From an uncultured virus (IMG/VR IMGVR_UViG_3300014676_000001) (Duplodnaviria > Heunggongvirae > Uroviricota > Caudoviricetes), in IMG/VR virus record IMGVR_UViG_3300014676_000001, positions 1-64,000 of that record: 64,000 nucleotides of DNA; one strand, 5' to 3'. Below the pieces are notes generated by a model that was given only the letters and a program-made list of their open reading frames with translations, was not told the origin of the DNA and ran no database searches. A program made the position numbers and the translations under genes. Every line of letters starts with the position of its first letter. The first letter of the stretch is position 1. Positions 19,238-29,324 of the stretch are shown here, piece by piece.

Positions 19238-19704
19238 ACAAGTTACTGATCATATTGCTTGCCTGTGTTTTTTTATCAGGATGCGATAAGAAAAGTGATG
19301 ATGTGTTATTAACTGAGGCGAAATCATCGGTAAAAAGAACTCTTGCAAAAGATTATAAGCAAGGTGAATGCCGAAGATGGCAGAGTATGAGCAGTAATAA
19401 AATAGCGCCTAAGGCAAGAATGATTGCTGTCTGTGATTCCAACTTCAACATAAACAATGGAGTTACATTTTCAGAAATGAAGGTTTACCGACACAAAAGA
19501 GGTAGCGCTGTATGTGGCATGGTTTCTGGGAAAACTGATATAAGTAAGATAGGGGCGAAATTTGTGTATGTCGATAGCAATGAATCACCTTTTATTAAAA
19601 TGTCTAAGTACCCAGTGCAATTGTCTGGAAGTGAAACTTCAAGAAAAATTGTCGAACAACTAGTTGGCGTGTTTAACGATTCTTACGAGTCTTGGTGTAA
19701 TTAA
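19234..19704 (+). CDS. Lipoprotein moron
   Basis: Signal peptide with lipobox LSGC; AT-rich. Confidence 0.75.
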   Translation: MNKLLIILLACVFLSGCDKKSDDVLLTEAKSSVKRTLAKDYKQGECRRWQSMSSNKIAPKARMIAVCDSNFNINNGVTFSEMKVYRHKRGSAVCGMVSGKTDISKIGAKFVYVDSNESPFIKMSKYPVQLSGSETSRKIVEQLVGVFNDSYESWCN

Positions 19705-19761
19705 AGATGCATTGTAAATGACCGGCCATTGGCCGGTTTTTTTATGTCTGGAGAAAATATT

Positions 19762-22074
19762 ATGGCTACAACGGTTGGTGAAATTGAAATAATCATAAAA
19801 GCTGAAACAGACCAGCTGTTGAAAGCAAATAAGCAAGTCGATCGCATTACCGACAACATGGAGTCTAGCTTTAAAAAGGCAGATAGGTCAGCCGAAAAGC
19901 TAAACACAACAGTAACGAAAACTGCTGGCGCGGTATCTGGTGGATTGAGATCTGGTATGCAACAGGCTGGTTATCAGATTCAGGACTTCATTGTACAGGT
20001 GCAGGGTGGACAGTCTGCGCTGGTAGCCTTTAGTCAGCAGGGATCTCAGCTTGCTGGGGCGTTTGGCCCAGGAGGTGCTGTTTTTGGTGCCGTTATTGCG
20101 CTAGGGTCTGTTTTGATTGGTTCTCTGTCCGCTGCGTTAGGATCAACAAAAGATGAGATGGAGCAGTTAAAGACAGCAGCGGAGACGCTCAACAAAGTAG
20201 TCGTTATTAACAGTCAAGGGGTGGCTGCGCTTTCTAATGACTATGCCAGACTGGCAGCGACTAACGCCACACTTGCTTCTCAGTTAAGAGATAACGCAAT
20301 TCAACAGTATGAAATAGCGGTCAGGGACGCTGGCAAGGCAATAACAAATATAATTGATGAGCAATCATCTTGGTGGAGAAGTTTGAATGGCGGCGTCGCG
20401 AATGTTAAAGCATTTGGCGGTGCCATGGATCTAATGGAGATTAGCGCCAGTAATTTCAATGACGCCATTAAGCAAGCAACGTCACTAGGCCCAGCATTTA
20501 ATTCCTCGACCATGACGTTGGTTAACACGGTTGCTATGCTGTCCAGTCAGTTTGATATTTCTGATGATGCAGCTTTTGGCTTGGGTAAAAGGCTAACTGA
20601 GCTTGCTAAAAATCCATCCCCACAAGCGGTAAGTTCTCTTGTTGATTACATGAGGGCTCTTAAGCCATCGACGCAGGATGGCGCAGACGCCATATCAAAC
20701 CTTGAAAAAAGAATTCTCGATGCTGCTGCCGCAATGCAACAGGCACATGATAATGGCGAGGCACTAAAGAGAACGCTAAATGAGCTAAAAACAGAGGCGC
20801 AACAGGCTAATTTTGATGGAATTAGCAAGCAACTTGAGGCGCAGAGAATAGCTCTAACCAAAGGCAAGCAGGCGGCCATTGAATACGGGATTGAGCAACA
20901 AGACCTGACTCGCGAACAAAAAGATCATCTTATTGCGGCGTCAAGAATAAATGCTCAGCTGGAAGAAGAAAAAGAAAAACGAGATAAGGCAGCAAAAGCA
21001 AGCTCCAGACACTCATCATCTGTTGATGCGGCTAAACAAGCCCTAGAGAGACAAAGCAATGCACTGGCTCGCCTGAACACTGGGTATGCCGATGGTTCAC
21101 TGGAACTGGCTCAGTATGATGCTGTAATGGCGTTAGGCAGCAAGGCGACCAATGAACAGATAGCTCAGGCCAAAGAGCAGGCAAAAGCCATATGGGAAGT
21201 GACAACGGCCATTAAGAACCGCGCTCAGGCCGAGCAAGCAAGGCGATTTACAGACCAGGAAATTGCGGCCAATAAAACAACTCCCGACGCCTTTACAGGA
21301 GACGCGCAAGACCCGGCAGCCAATATAAATCTTCAGGAACAGCGGAAACTAGATGCACTAGAACAGTATCAGCAGATGGGTGTGTTGAGCGCTCAGCAAT
21401 ACGAGGATGCTAAAACAGCGATTCAGCAACAAGCTGCAAATGAGCGAATTAATATAGCCAGAACGGAAGCCCAGAGGCAGGTTGATGTGGTTAACACCAT
21501 GCTCAACGGAATTTCTCAGGGATTCGACGGGTTGGCTACTATTATTGCCAACAGCAAAGGCAAGAACAATACAGCATTTAAGGCTCTTTTCGCGATCAGT
21601 AAGGGGTTTGCCACTGCTCAGGCGGCGTTAAACCTTCAACTGGCGATTTCTAATGCGATGGCATCCGGACCGTTCCCGTGGAATATGGCTGCAATGGCCC
21701 AGGTCGCAGCAGCAGGCGGTTCCCTGATATCCAGCATTGCTAGCGTTGGTTATAGCGGTGGTCGCCGCTACGGCGGCACGGTATCAGCCGGCAATGCCTA
21801 CCGCATCAACGAAGATGGACGCTCTGAAATCTTCCAGACTGCAGGTGGGCAGCAGGCATTTATCCCGAACCAGTCAGGGAAGATCATTCCTGCTGATAAG
21901 GTTGGAGGTGGTGGGTCGTTTAATCCTGTAATGAACCTTACGATAAATACTACGGGAGGAATTGGAAATGAGGAGATCGCAAGGCTGCGTAAAGTGTGGA
22001 ACAACGACATGCTGAAGATGATGGTAGACCAGAGCACTCGTCCGAACGGTTTACTTCAAGGTCGTAGAAAATAA
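19762..22074 (+). CDS. Tail tape measure protein
   Basis: Ala/Gln-rich helical; GYQIQDFIVQVQGG and GGRRYGGTV motifs; precedes M. Confidence 0.9.
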   Translation: MATTVGEIEIIIKAETDQLLKANKQVDRITDNMESSFKKADRSAEKLNTTVTKTAGAVSGGLRSGMQQAGYQIQDFIVQVQGGQSALVAFSQQGSQLAGAFGPGGAVFGAVIALGSVLIGSLSAALGSTKDEMEQLKTAAETLNKVVVINSQGVAALSNDYARLAATNATLASQLRDNAIQQYEIAVRDAGKAITNIIDEQSSWWRSLNGGVANVKAFGGAMDLMEISASNFNDAIKQATSLGPAFNSSTMTLVNTVAMLSSQFDISDDAAFGLGKRLTELAKNPSPQAVSSLVDYMRALKPSTQDGADAISNLEKRILDAAAAMQQAHDNGEALKRTLNELKTEAQQANFDGISKQLEAQRIALTKGKQAAIEYGIEQQDLTREQKDHLIAASRINAQLEEEKEKRDKAAKASSRHSSSVDAAKQALERQSNALARLNTGYADGSLELAQYDAVMALGSKATNEQIAQAKEQAKAIWEVTTAIKNRAQAEQARRFTDQEIAANKTTPDAFTGDAQDPAANINLQEQRKLDALEQYQQMGVLSAQQYEDAKTAIQQQAANERINIARTEAQRQVDVVNTMLNGISQGFDGLATIIANSKGKNNTAFKALFAISKGFATAQAALNLQLAISNAMASGPFPWNMAAMAQVAAAGGSLISSIASVGYSGGRRYGGTVSAGNAYRINEDGRSEIFQTAGGQQAFIPNQSGKIIPADKVGGGGSFNPVMNLTINTTGGIGNEEIARLRKVWNNDMLKMMVDQSTRPNGLLQGRRK

Positions 22075-22098
22075 GCGGCGTTTAAGCCGCTTAATAAT

Positions 22099-22338
22099 TC
22101 ACTCCTGACCAACTCCCGTTTTCACTATCTCTTCAATGATATCGTTAACGGTATCGGCTGCCGCTCGAAGTTCTTCCTTTGATGTTGAGTCGCTTTCAAG
22201 TTCATCAAAATTCATTGAGCGAGTTCCCGCAAGCCTCATAAGAGCTTGCTTTTGATCTTCGTTGAGCGTTGCGATTACGTAGCTGAGTACTGTTTTTACA
22301 GCCAATCCAGTTAGTAGTTCATTAGAAGGTGCAGCCAT
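22099..22338 (-). CDS. Reverse-strand moron, hypothetical
   Basis: RBS GAGG, AT-rich upstream region, hairpin terminator at 22073-22092. Confidence 0.65.
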   Translation of the reverse strand: MAAPSNELLTGLAVKTVLSYVIATLNEDQKQALMRLAGTRSMNFDELESDSTSKEELRAAADTVNDIIEEIVKTGVGQE

Positions 22339-22423
22339 GTTTTTAACCTCTTACTTTGATGGATAAATGACCGTAATTGTAACATGCAAAACATTACAAA
22401 AATAAATTTATAAGGGCTTAAAT

Positions 22424-22771
22424 ATGCCAGAAACATTCACATGGACACCGCAGCGAGCTTACCAAGTTGAACGTACCCCAAACGTAGCCGTTGTTAAGCT
22501 CGGTGACGGTTACGAACAGCGACAGGTGAAGGGTATCAATCCACTGATGGATAAATACTCGCTCACCTTTCGCGGCGTCAGCGGAGCGTGCCGCAGTAAC
22601 CCTGCGAAGGATGCTGAGGCATTCCTCAAGGCCAGGGGGGCGGTTGAATCGTTCTACTGGACGTCATCCGATACGGGAGTGAGGAAGCTGTTTGTCTGCC
22701 GATCCTGGAATATGACAAAGACCGGGCCGCTGTTTGAACTGACGGCCACTTTTGAACAAGTACCACGATAA
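22424..22771 (+). CDS. M: Minor tail protein M
   Basis: METFTW-like start, LGDGYEQR, ATFEQV. Confidence 0.9.
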   Translation: MPETFTWTPQRAYQVERTPNVAVVKLGDGYEQRQVKGINPLMDKYSLTFRGVSGACRSNPAKDAEAFLKARGAVESFYWTSSDTGVRKLFVCRSWNMTKTGPLFELTATFEQVPR

Positions 22772-22792
22772 GCCGAAAGGCGGGAGACAGTT

Positions 22793-22948
22793 ATGACTTT
22801 AGAACAACGTGTTGAAGAGTTAGAGGCTATGGTTGATTCAATGAAAGCACAGATGGAAGAAGTTATTAGCGCTCACACCTGTGCTTATAATCAAATCACT
22901 GCGAAATTAGATCAAATTGCCGTAATTCAAGCTGAACGCAAGGCTTGA
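22793..22948 (+). CDS. Small coiled-coil protein, 51 aa (MTLEQRVEELEAMV), not in ORF track
   Basis: RBS GGGAG; overlaps the convergent moron 3' end; N-terminus resembles ORF 4435-4596. Confidence 0.55.
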   Translation: MTLEQRVEELEAMVDSMKAQMEEVISAHTCAYNQITAKLDQIAVIQAERKA

Positions 22949-23124
22949 ATAGCAAGTTTTTCAATCTCACCGATGGTTTTATTCTTTATCTCATCTGGCG
23001 CTATATCTAGGTTTACCGAATGAAATTGGTCATTAGGGCCAATCAAATTAGCTTTTAATTTAAATGTATTTCCAGCGACCGCAAAAGAAATAAAGTCAAT
23101 AGCGTTTAATTTCAATTCTGACAT
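22927..23124 (-). CDS. Reverse-strand moron, 65 aa hypothetical
   Basis: RBS AAGGA; downstream of leader copy 2. Confidence 0.65.
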   Translation of the reverse strand: MSELKLNAIDFISFAVAGNTFKLKANLIGPNDQFHSVNLDIAPDEIKNKTIGEIEKLAIQALRSA

Positions 23125-23147
23125 TATTTTTCCTTTATCAGAGGTAA

Positions 23148-23243
23148 TCAGCCATCCCCCTTCGATGGTTACGTCAGTGTCCCACCACTGACGGGCTGAG
23201 CTTACACGTTAACCAGGGTTATCAGTAAGCAACATCCTGATAT
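23148..23243 (-). repeat. Conserved moron leader, copy 2
   Basis: Matches 5066-5163. Confidence 0.85.
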
Positions 23244-23289
23244 TCAAACAGTAGCCACCACTTGGTGGCTTTTTTTATGGGAGTTTGCC

Positions 23290-23994
23290 GTGCGCGACAT
23301 ACCAGCCAGTATGATTATTGATAGCGTCGACGCCGGAGTAGGCGCGTTTATCGACCTGTTCGAAGCCGACCTGCAACCCTTTGGCGGAGACCTTATCCGG
23401 TTCCATTCCGGCACCAATGGATATTACGGAAATGTGATCTGGAAGGGGAATCAGTATCAGGCATACCCGATAGCAGTCGAAGGGTTCGAGTCAAAGAACG
23501 AAGGCACATATGCCCGGCCAACAATGGTGGTGGCGAACGTCACGGGTTTACTGACGGGCATAAACCATGACTTCGACGACATGCTTGGGGTGGTGATCAC
23601 CCGCCGTCAGGTTCCGGTGAAATACCTGGACGCGGTGAACTTCCCCAATGGCAATCCTGACGCAGATCCGACGCAGGAAGCGGTTTCCCGCTACGTTGTT
23701 GAGGAGATGACGGAAGAGACGTTCGAGCAGGTGACCTACACGCTGGCGACACCGATTGACTGCGACAACGCTATCATCCCGGCGCGAACCATCCTTGCCG
23801 ACGTCTGCCAGTGGCTGTATCGCGGGGTCGGGTGCGGATATGACGGGCCGCCGGTTGCAGATGAGCGCGACAATCCAACCACTGACCCGGCAAAAGATAA
23901 GTGCTCTCACCGCCGTAGCGGCTGCCGCTTCCGTTATCCACGACCGGAACCAATGCCAATCAGCAGCTTCCCCGGCTCTCAGAAGGTTTCATGA
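23290..23994 (+). CDS. L: Minor tail protein L
   Basis: YQAYPI, KYLDAVNF, CQWLYRGVGC, DKCS...GCRFR cysteine pattern. Confidence 0.92.
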   Translation: MRDIPASMIIDSVDAGVGAFIDLFEADLQPFGGDLIRFHSGTNGYYGNVIWKGNQYQAYPIAVEGFESKNEGTYARPTMVVANVTGLLTGINHDFDDMLGVVITRRQVPVKYLDAVNFPNGNPDADPTQEAVSRYVVEEMTEETFEQVTYTLATPIDCDNAIIPARTILADVCQWLYRGVGCGYDGPPVADERDNPTTDPAKDKCSHRRSGCRFRYPRPEPMPISSFPGSQKVS

Positions 23995-24713
23995 TGCAGG
24001 AATTACTCGATTATGCGGCATCGTCGCAGGATGAGGTGTGCGGCTTAATCCTGGATGGCGGGCAGTTGTTCCGCTGTCGGAATGTTCACCCGGAGCCTGG
24101 AAAGCACTTCCGAATCAGTGATGATGAGTGGCTGGCGGCCGAGGAGGCTGGAGAGGTGACTGCGGTATTCCACTCTCACCCAATGAACAGCCCGGTTCTG
24201 TCCGGCGCCGACCGTAAATGCCAGGTTGCATCGGGCCTTCCATGGGTGCTGGCCTGTAACGGGAAAATCAGAACGTTCAGGCCGGTGGATTACTTTTTGG
24301 GGAGGCGGTTCGAGCACGGAGTGACTGATTGTTACACGCTATTCCGTGATGCGTATCACCTGTGTGGCATTGACCTCCCTGACTTCGAAAGGACGAATGG
24401 CTGGTGGCTGAGAGGGGAGAACCTTTATCTGAACAACATGTCGCGCAATGGCTTCAATCAGGTATCGCCGGGAGAAGCGCTGCCAGGTGACGTAATAATC
24501 AGGCAACCATTCCCCGGAGCTGACCCTTGCCACGCAATGATTCTGCTCGATGACAATATGGTTCTTCACCACGATTGCTCAGGGCATTTAAGCCGGAGAG
24601 AGCAAATGCGCCCGGCATACGTTAAGCAGATGCATTCCATATGGAGACATGAACAGTGCTCATCTTTAAATTTGCAGGGCATTTACGCCGACATTTCCGC
24701 AAAGTCGAGCTGA
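23991..24713 (+). CDS. K: Tail assembly protein K (JAB + NlpC/P60)
   Basis: EVCG, FHSHP, GVTDCYTLFRDAY. Confidence 0.92.
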   Translation: MMQELLDYAASSQDEVCGLILDGGQLFRCRNVHPEPGKHFRISDDEWLAAEEAGEVTAVFHSHPMNSPVLSGADRKCQVASGLPWVLACNGKIRTFRPVDYFLGRRFEHGVTDCYTLFRDAYHLCGIDLPDFERTNGWWLRGENLYLNNMSRNGFNQVSPGEALPGDVIIRQPFPGADPCHAMILLDDNMVLHHDCSGHLSRREQMRPAYVKQMHSIWRHEQCSSLNLQGIYADISAKSS

Positions 24714-25189
24714 GCGTTGATACCCCTGCCCAGGGCATTCGTCTTTTGCTTGCTCAGAATCATGAGTTCAAAAAAGCATTCCTGAACGCCAGAGTAAGAA
24801 TGCGAGTGGCGGGTGAGGATGTTGAAACGTCTTCGGTGCAGTGGCACATGGATCGGCGCCTGAAGGATGGCTCTGTAGTGCTGTTTGTCCCGGTGATTGA
24901 GGGGGCGGGACTTGAGACCAGTACGATAGTTCTCATTGCCTCACTGGTGCTGTCTGCCGCCTCGGTTGCTTACTCCATCTACATGTCCCGGAACATGAAA
25001 AGCAAAACTTCAGCGGAAGCGGCCGAAACAAACACCCTCACGAATAACTCGTTTACCAGTGCAGAAAACAGGGTCGGACAGGGGCATCCTGTCCCCATAC
25101 TCCTCGGCGAGATGGAGGTCGGCAGCAACGTAATAAGTCTCGGGATCGACACATCTAATAATTCCGACTGGGAAGAATCAATCAGCTAA
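24656..25189 (+). CDS. I: Tail assembly protein I
   Basis: VPVIEGAG, GQGHPVPILLGEMEVGS. Confidence 0.88.
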   Translation: MLIFKFAGHLRRHFRKVELSVDTPAQGIRLLLAQNHEFKKAFLNARVRMRVAGEDVETSSVQWHMDRRLKDGSVVLFVPVIEGAGLETSTIVLIASLVLSAASVAYSIYMSRNMKSKTSAEAAETNTLTNNSFTSAENRVGQGHPVPILLGEMEVGSNVISLGIDTSNNSDWEESIS

Positions 25190-25198
25190 GGTGGCGCT

Positions 25199-28100
25199 AT
25201 GTCTTCAGGTGGCGGTAAAGCATCAACCCCAAAACTACTCGACGATAACCTCAAATCAAAACAATTCTATCGGGTACTGGATCTGATATCTGAGGGGCCA
25301 ATCGCGGGCCCGGTGGATCAGGAGCACCTGTCTTCATTCAAGCTGAATAAGACGCCTATCACTGACTCGAACGGTAATGTCAACGTGAACGGCATTAGTG
25401 TTGCCTGGCGACCTGGATCGGAAACTCAGGAGCCAATCAACGGCTTCTCTGCAATCGAAGCGACGACCATTGTTAACACTGAGGTCACTTACGATACCCC
25501 GCTGGTTAGAACCGTGACAGATCAGGACGTGACCCGCGTTCGTTTTAACATCGGCGTCACCGGGCTCATGGAGCAGGACTCCAAGGGTAACCAGAAAAAC
25601 ACCTCTGTAACGATGGTTATCGAGACCAGAACTGGCTCGTCGGGCTGGGTCATGGAGAAGACGGTGACGATTACAGGGAAAATCTCTGGCGAGTACCTTG
25701 AGGCGCACGTCATTGATGCCCCCGACACCAAACCGTTTGATATCCGCGTTCGCCGCATTACGCCTGACAGCAGCAGCGATTTGCTGTCAAACGGGACTGT
25801 TTGGAACAGCTACAGCGAGATCACCGACGACAACCTTAGCTATCCGTTCTCTGCTGTTGCCGGCTCAGTCATCGACCGTGACCAGTACACCGACACGCCG
25901 AGCCGCACATATCATCTTCGCGGGCTGATCGTTGACGTACCGGATAACTACGAGCCAATTGCCAGAACTTNNNNNNNNNNCAGAACTTACTCCGGGCTGT
26001 GGACGGGGGGCTTCAAAAAGGCATGGACTAACAACCCGGCGTGGCTGTTCCGTGAGCTGGCGAAAAACACCCGATTTGGCCTGGCGAAACGCGCCGGATA
26101 CATCGATGTTGACGATGGCGCACTCTACATTCTGTCGCAATATTGCGATCAGCTTGTAGATGATGGGTATGGCGGCAAAGAGCCACGCATGACGCTCAAC
26201 GCCTACATCACAGAGCAGGCGAGTGCGCGAGACATTCTCGACAAGATAGCGAGCATGTTCCGTGGCATTGCGCTGTGGGACGGCCTGCGCCTGTCCGTAA
26301 TGCTGGACGCTCCACAGGATCCGATTGCGACAATCACGAACGCCAACGTTGTGAATGGCGAGTTCAAACGAAGCTCTGTAAAGCGTTCAGAGAAATACAA
26401 TGCGGTTGTAGTGTCCTGGACTGACCCCGACAACGGATGGGAGCAGGTGAAAGAGTACGTTTCCGACGATGAGATGATAGCCAAAGGGAACTACAACGAA
26501 ACCACTCTGGAGGCGTTTGGCTGCACCTCTCGCGGACAGGCATGGCGGGCAGGTAAATGGCTGCTGGAAACAGCAAAGCGTGAAAGCAGCAGACTGTCTT
26601 TCCAGATGGCACGCGATGCTATCCACTTCACGCCGGGTGATATCGTTGAGGTCATGGATAATGACTACGCAGGAACTCGCCTCGGGGGGAGAATTGTTTC
26701 TCATTCCGGGAGGGTGATAATGGTTGACGCGGTTGATTCCTCGGTAGTAACGGACGGCTCCACTATGTCGATTATGGGGAGGGACGGAAAGTTCTCTCGC
26801 TATGAGATTGATGGCGTTAACGGAAACAACGTCACACTCAAAAACGAACCTGAATGGGTGAGGGCGGGAACTGTATTTGCCATTTCAACCGCAAGCGTTG
26901 CGATTCGCCTTTTCCGGATACTGAGCGTTGCCGAAACGGAAAACAACTCCGTATACAGCATAACGGCCTCATTGCACGACCCCAACAAACAGGCCATCGT
27001 TGACGAGGGTGCAGTGTTTGAAGTTCCCAGCGATACGCTGAACGGCTACCGCGTGCCTAACGTGGAAAACCTGCGAATCCTGAACACAAACACCGAGACC
27101 GTCCAGGTTACAGCAACGTGGGAGACGGCAACCACTACTAAAAAACTGGTGTTTGAGCTGTACATCTACAGTGCTGATGGGAAGCTGGTATCTCAGTACG
27201 AAACTGACCAGTTCCGGTATGAGTTTTACGGCCTTGCTGCCGGTAGCTACACGCTCGGCGTTCGTGGGCGCAATGAAAACGGGATGAAAGGCGCCGAAAC
27301 TCAGGTGAGTCTTATTATAGGCGCGCCAAAGGCTCCTAACTCCGTTCAGTGGATACCCGGACCATTACAGGCCACTCTGGTGCCAGTTATGTCTGTAACG
27401 GCAACATCAGATACCTCTTTTGAGTTCTGGTACGCTGGCGAGACGCCAATCCCATTAACCGATGATATTGAGAACAAAACTCAATTCCTCGGAAGGGGGA
27501 ACCAGTGGACCATTCAAAAGCTCAAGTTTGACCACGTCTATTACGTTTATGTCCGGACACGCAACGCGTTCGGGGTTTCTGATTTTGTTGAGGCTTCAGG
27601 AAAGCCAACGGATGACTTTAGCGATATCACCAATGCAATCCTGGAGGAGATTAAAGAGACTGATACGTTCAAAGACCTGATCGAGAGCGCGGTGGAGAGC
27701 AGTGAAAAGTTCGCAGAACTGGCTGATGCAATCAAAGAGAATGCAAACGGTCTTGCAGCGGCGGTTGGATCGAATAAGCAGACAGCAGAAGCAATCATCG
27801 GCAACGCGCTTGCTATTGCTGATGTTGTCGTGCGGCAGACAGCCCAGCAGGGCGCTAACTCTGCGACCTTCGAACAGCTCCGGGAGGTGATCGCCACTGA
27901 GACGGAGGCACGCGTCACGGATGTTACTCGTCTAGAAGCGAAAACTGCCCAGAATGAAGCGGGTATTACTGATGTTCGCCAGGCGTTAGCAACGGAAACT
28001 GAAGCTCGCGCTTCTGCGGTAAGTCAATTGACGGCTGCCACTCAGGTCGCATCTGACAAAGCTGATTCAGCAGCTGCTGTAGGTGCTCAGAATACAGCAT

Positions 28101-28966
28101 CAATCACTGACCTTAGCCAGGTTGTCACGGACCTCGATTCCTCAATGGCATCCCGTCTGGAGGAACTGGGAGCAAGGACAGATACTGCCAGCGGCGGCAT
28201 TCAGAGTAACTCCATCGCGCTAATAACGAGTACGCTGGCGCAGGTTGATCAGCAGGTGAGACTCAGCGCGCAGTACGGTGACAGTAAGGCCAGCATCGAT
28301 CGTATTGATAATGTTATGGCAAGCGACAGGGAGGCAACAGCGCGTTCGCTACTGAGTTTGCAGACTGACGTGAACGGCAACAAGGCAGCAATCAACAGCC
28401 TGAATCAGACGTTTTCCAATTATCAGCAGGCCACGGCCACGCAGATAAACGGCATTACGGCGACCATCAACGGGCACACTTCAGCGATCACCACCAACGC
28501 GCAGGCGATAGCAAACGTTAGTGGTGACCTGAAGGCGATGTACAGCATCAAGGTTGCCGTGGACGCGAATGGAAAGCAGTATGCCGCCGGAATGGGGATC
28601 GGTGTAGAAAACACTCCATCGGGCATGCAGTCGCAGGTGCTGTTCCTGGCGGATCGCTTCGCCGTCATGGCGCAGGCGGGGGGAGCGGTTACACTGCCGT
28701 TCGTTATCCAGAACGGGCAGGTGTTTATCCGGGAAACCTTCATTCAGGACGGCACCATCGGCAACGCCAAGATTGGCAACTACATCCAGTCCAATAACTA
28801 TGTCGCTGGCTCAGTCGGATGGAGGCTGGATAAGGGAGGTACGTTTGAGAACTACGGTTCGACAGCTGGTGAGGGAGCCATGAAGCAGACTAATCAAACG
28901 ATCAGTGTCAAGGATGCCAACAATGTGTTGAGGGTGCAGATCGGGAGAATCACGGGAACATGGTAA
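25199..28966 (+). CDS. J: Tail tip / central fibre protein J (spans scaffold gap 25971-25980)
   Basis: DLISEGPI, AWTNNPAW, GCTSRGQA, FN3 region, coiled coil, ADRFAV C-terminal domain. Confidence 0.93.
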   Translation: MSSGGGKASTPKLLDDNLKSKQFYRVLDLISEGPIAGPVDQEHLSSFKLNKTPITDSNGNVNVNGISVAWRPGSETQEPINGFSAIEATTIVNTEVTYDTPLVRTVTDQDVTRVRFNIGVTGLMEQDSKGNQKNTSVTMVIETRTGSSGWVMEKTVTITGKISGEYLEAHVIDAPDTKPFDIRVRRITPDSSSDLLSNGTVWNSYSEITDDNLSYPFSAVAGSVIDRDQYTDTPSRTYHLRGLIVDVPDNYEPIARTXXXXRTYSGLWTGGFKKAWTNNPAWLFRELAKNTRFGLAKRAGYIDVDDGALYILSQYCDQLVDDGYGGKEPRMTLNAYITEQASARDILDKIASMFRGIALWDGLRLSVMLDAPQDPIATITNANVVNGEFKRSSVKRSEKYNAVVVSWTDPDNGWEQVKEYVSDDEMIAKGNYNETTLEAFGCTSRGQAWRAGKWLLETAKRESSRLSFQMARDAIHFTPGDIVEVMDNDYAGTRLGGRIVSHSGRVIMVDAVDSSVVTDGSTMSIMGRDGKFSRYEIDGVNGNNVTLKNEPEWVRAGTVFAISTASVAIRLFRILSVAETENNSVYSITASLHDPNKQAIVDEGAVFEVPSDTLNGYRVPNVENLRILNTNTETVQVTATWETATTTKKLVFELYIYSADGKLVSQYETDQFRYEFYGLAAGSYTLGVRGRNENGMKGAETQVSLIIGAPKAPNSVQWIPGPLQATLVPVMSVTATSDTSFEFWYAGETPIPLTDDIENKTQFLGRGNQWTIQKLKFDHVYYVYVRTRNAFGVSDFVEASGKPTDDFSDITNAILEEIKETDTFKDLIESAVESSEKFAELADAIKENANGLAAAVGSNKQTAEAIIGNALAIADVVVRQTAQQGANSATFEQLREVIATETEARVTDVTRLEAKTAQNEAGITDVRQALATETEARASAVSQLTAATQVASDKADSAAAVGAQNTASITDLSQVVTDLDSSMASRLEELGARTDTASGGIQSNSIALITSTLAQVDQQVRLSAQYGDSKASIDRIDNVMASDREATARSLLSLQTDVNGNKAAINSLNQTFSNYQQATATQINGITATINGHTSAITTNAQAIANVSGDLKAMYSIKVAVDANGKQYAAGMGIGVENTPSGMQSQVLFLADRFAVMAQAGGAVTLPFVIQNGQVFIRETFIQDGTIGNAKIGNYIQSNNYVAGSVGWRLDKGGTFENYGSTAGEGAMKQTNQTISVKDANNVLRVQIGRITGTW

Positions 28967-29009
28967 CGGGAGGTCTCTTACGGGGCCTCTTTTTTTTCAG
29001 GAGGACTGG

Positions 29010-29324
29010 ATGGCGGAATATGGTGTTCAGACATGGGACGCCTCAGGCAATGTAAATAACTATGGCGTTAAGCCTGTCAGCGTTTGTGGCTATCTCCAGC
29101 TGGCCCAGAACCAGAAAACAGGCTCTTACACAGTAGCGCTTCCACCGGGTTGCAGGCTGACCTATTTTCAGAGCATGAACGGCGATCAGTTTGGTACGAG
29201 TCGGAGGAAGATCACCATTTCGGGGGGAACAGCAACAGTGTCAGCAGTAGGCGATACCGATTACTCAGCAGGGACTGAGCCTGCGGCAGCGGCTTATCTC
29301 ATTTTCCAGATCGAGAGGGCATAA
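29010..29324 (+). CDS. Tail-tip accessory protein
   Basis: YGVQTWDASG motif, directly after J. Confidence 0.65.
   Translation: MAEYGVQTWDASGNVNNYGVKPVSVCGYLQLAQNQKTGSYTVALPPGCRLTYFQSMNGDQFGTSRRKITISGGTATVSAVGDTDYSAGTEPAAAAYLIFQIERA

Larger units (their letters stand above)
1..25970 (+). mobile_element. Lambdoid phage/prophage, late half (nin-Q-lysis-head-tail); right boundary uncertain
   Basis: Colinear nin, rusA, Q, holin, lysozyme, Rz, terminase, portal, capsid, tail and M-L-K-I-J genes. Boundary placed at the scaffold gap in J; the tail module to 34.4 kb could belong to either phage. Confidence 0.85.

Noticed and set aside
25971..25988. Six-codon insertion in J (RTXXXXRT)
   Set aside because: Duplicated CAGAACTT around Ns; collapsing gives ARTYSG.
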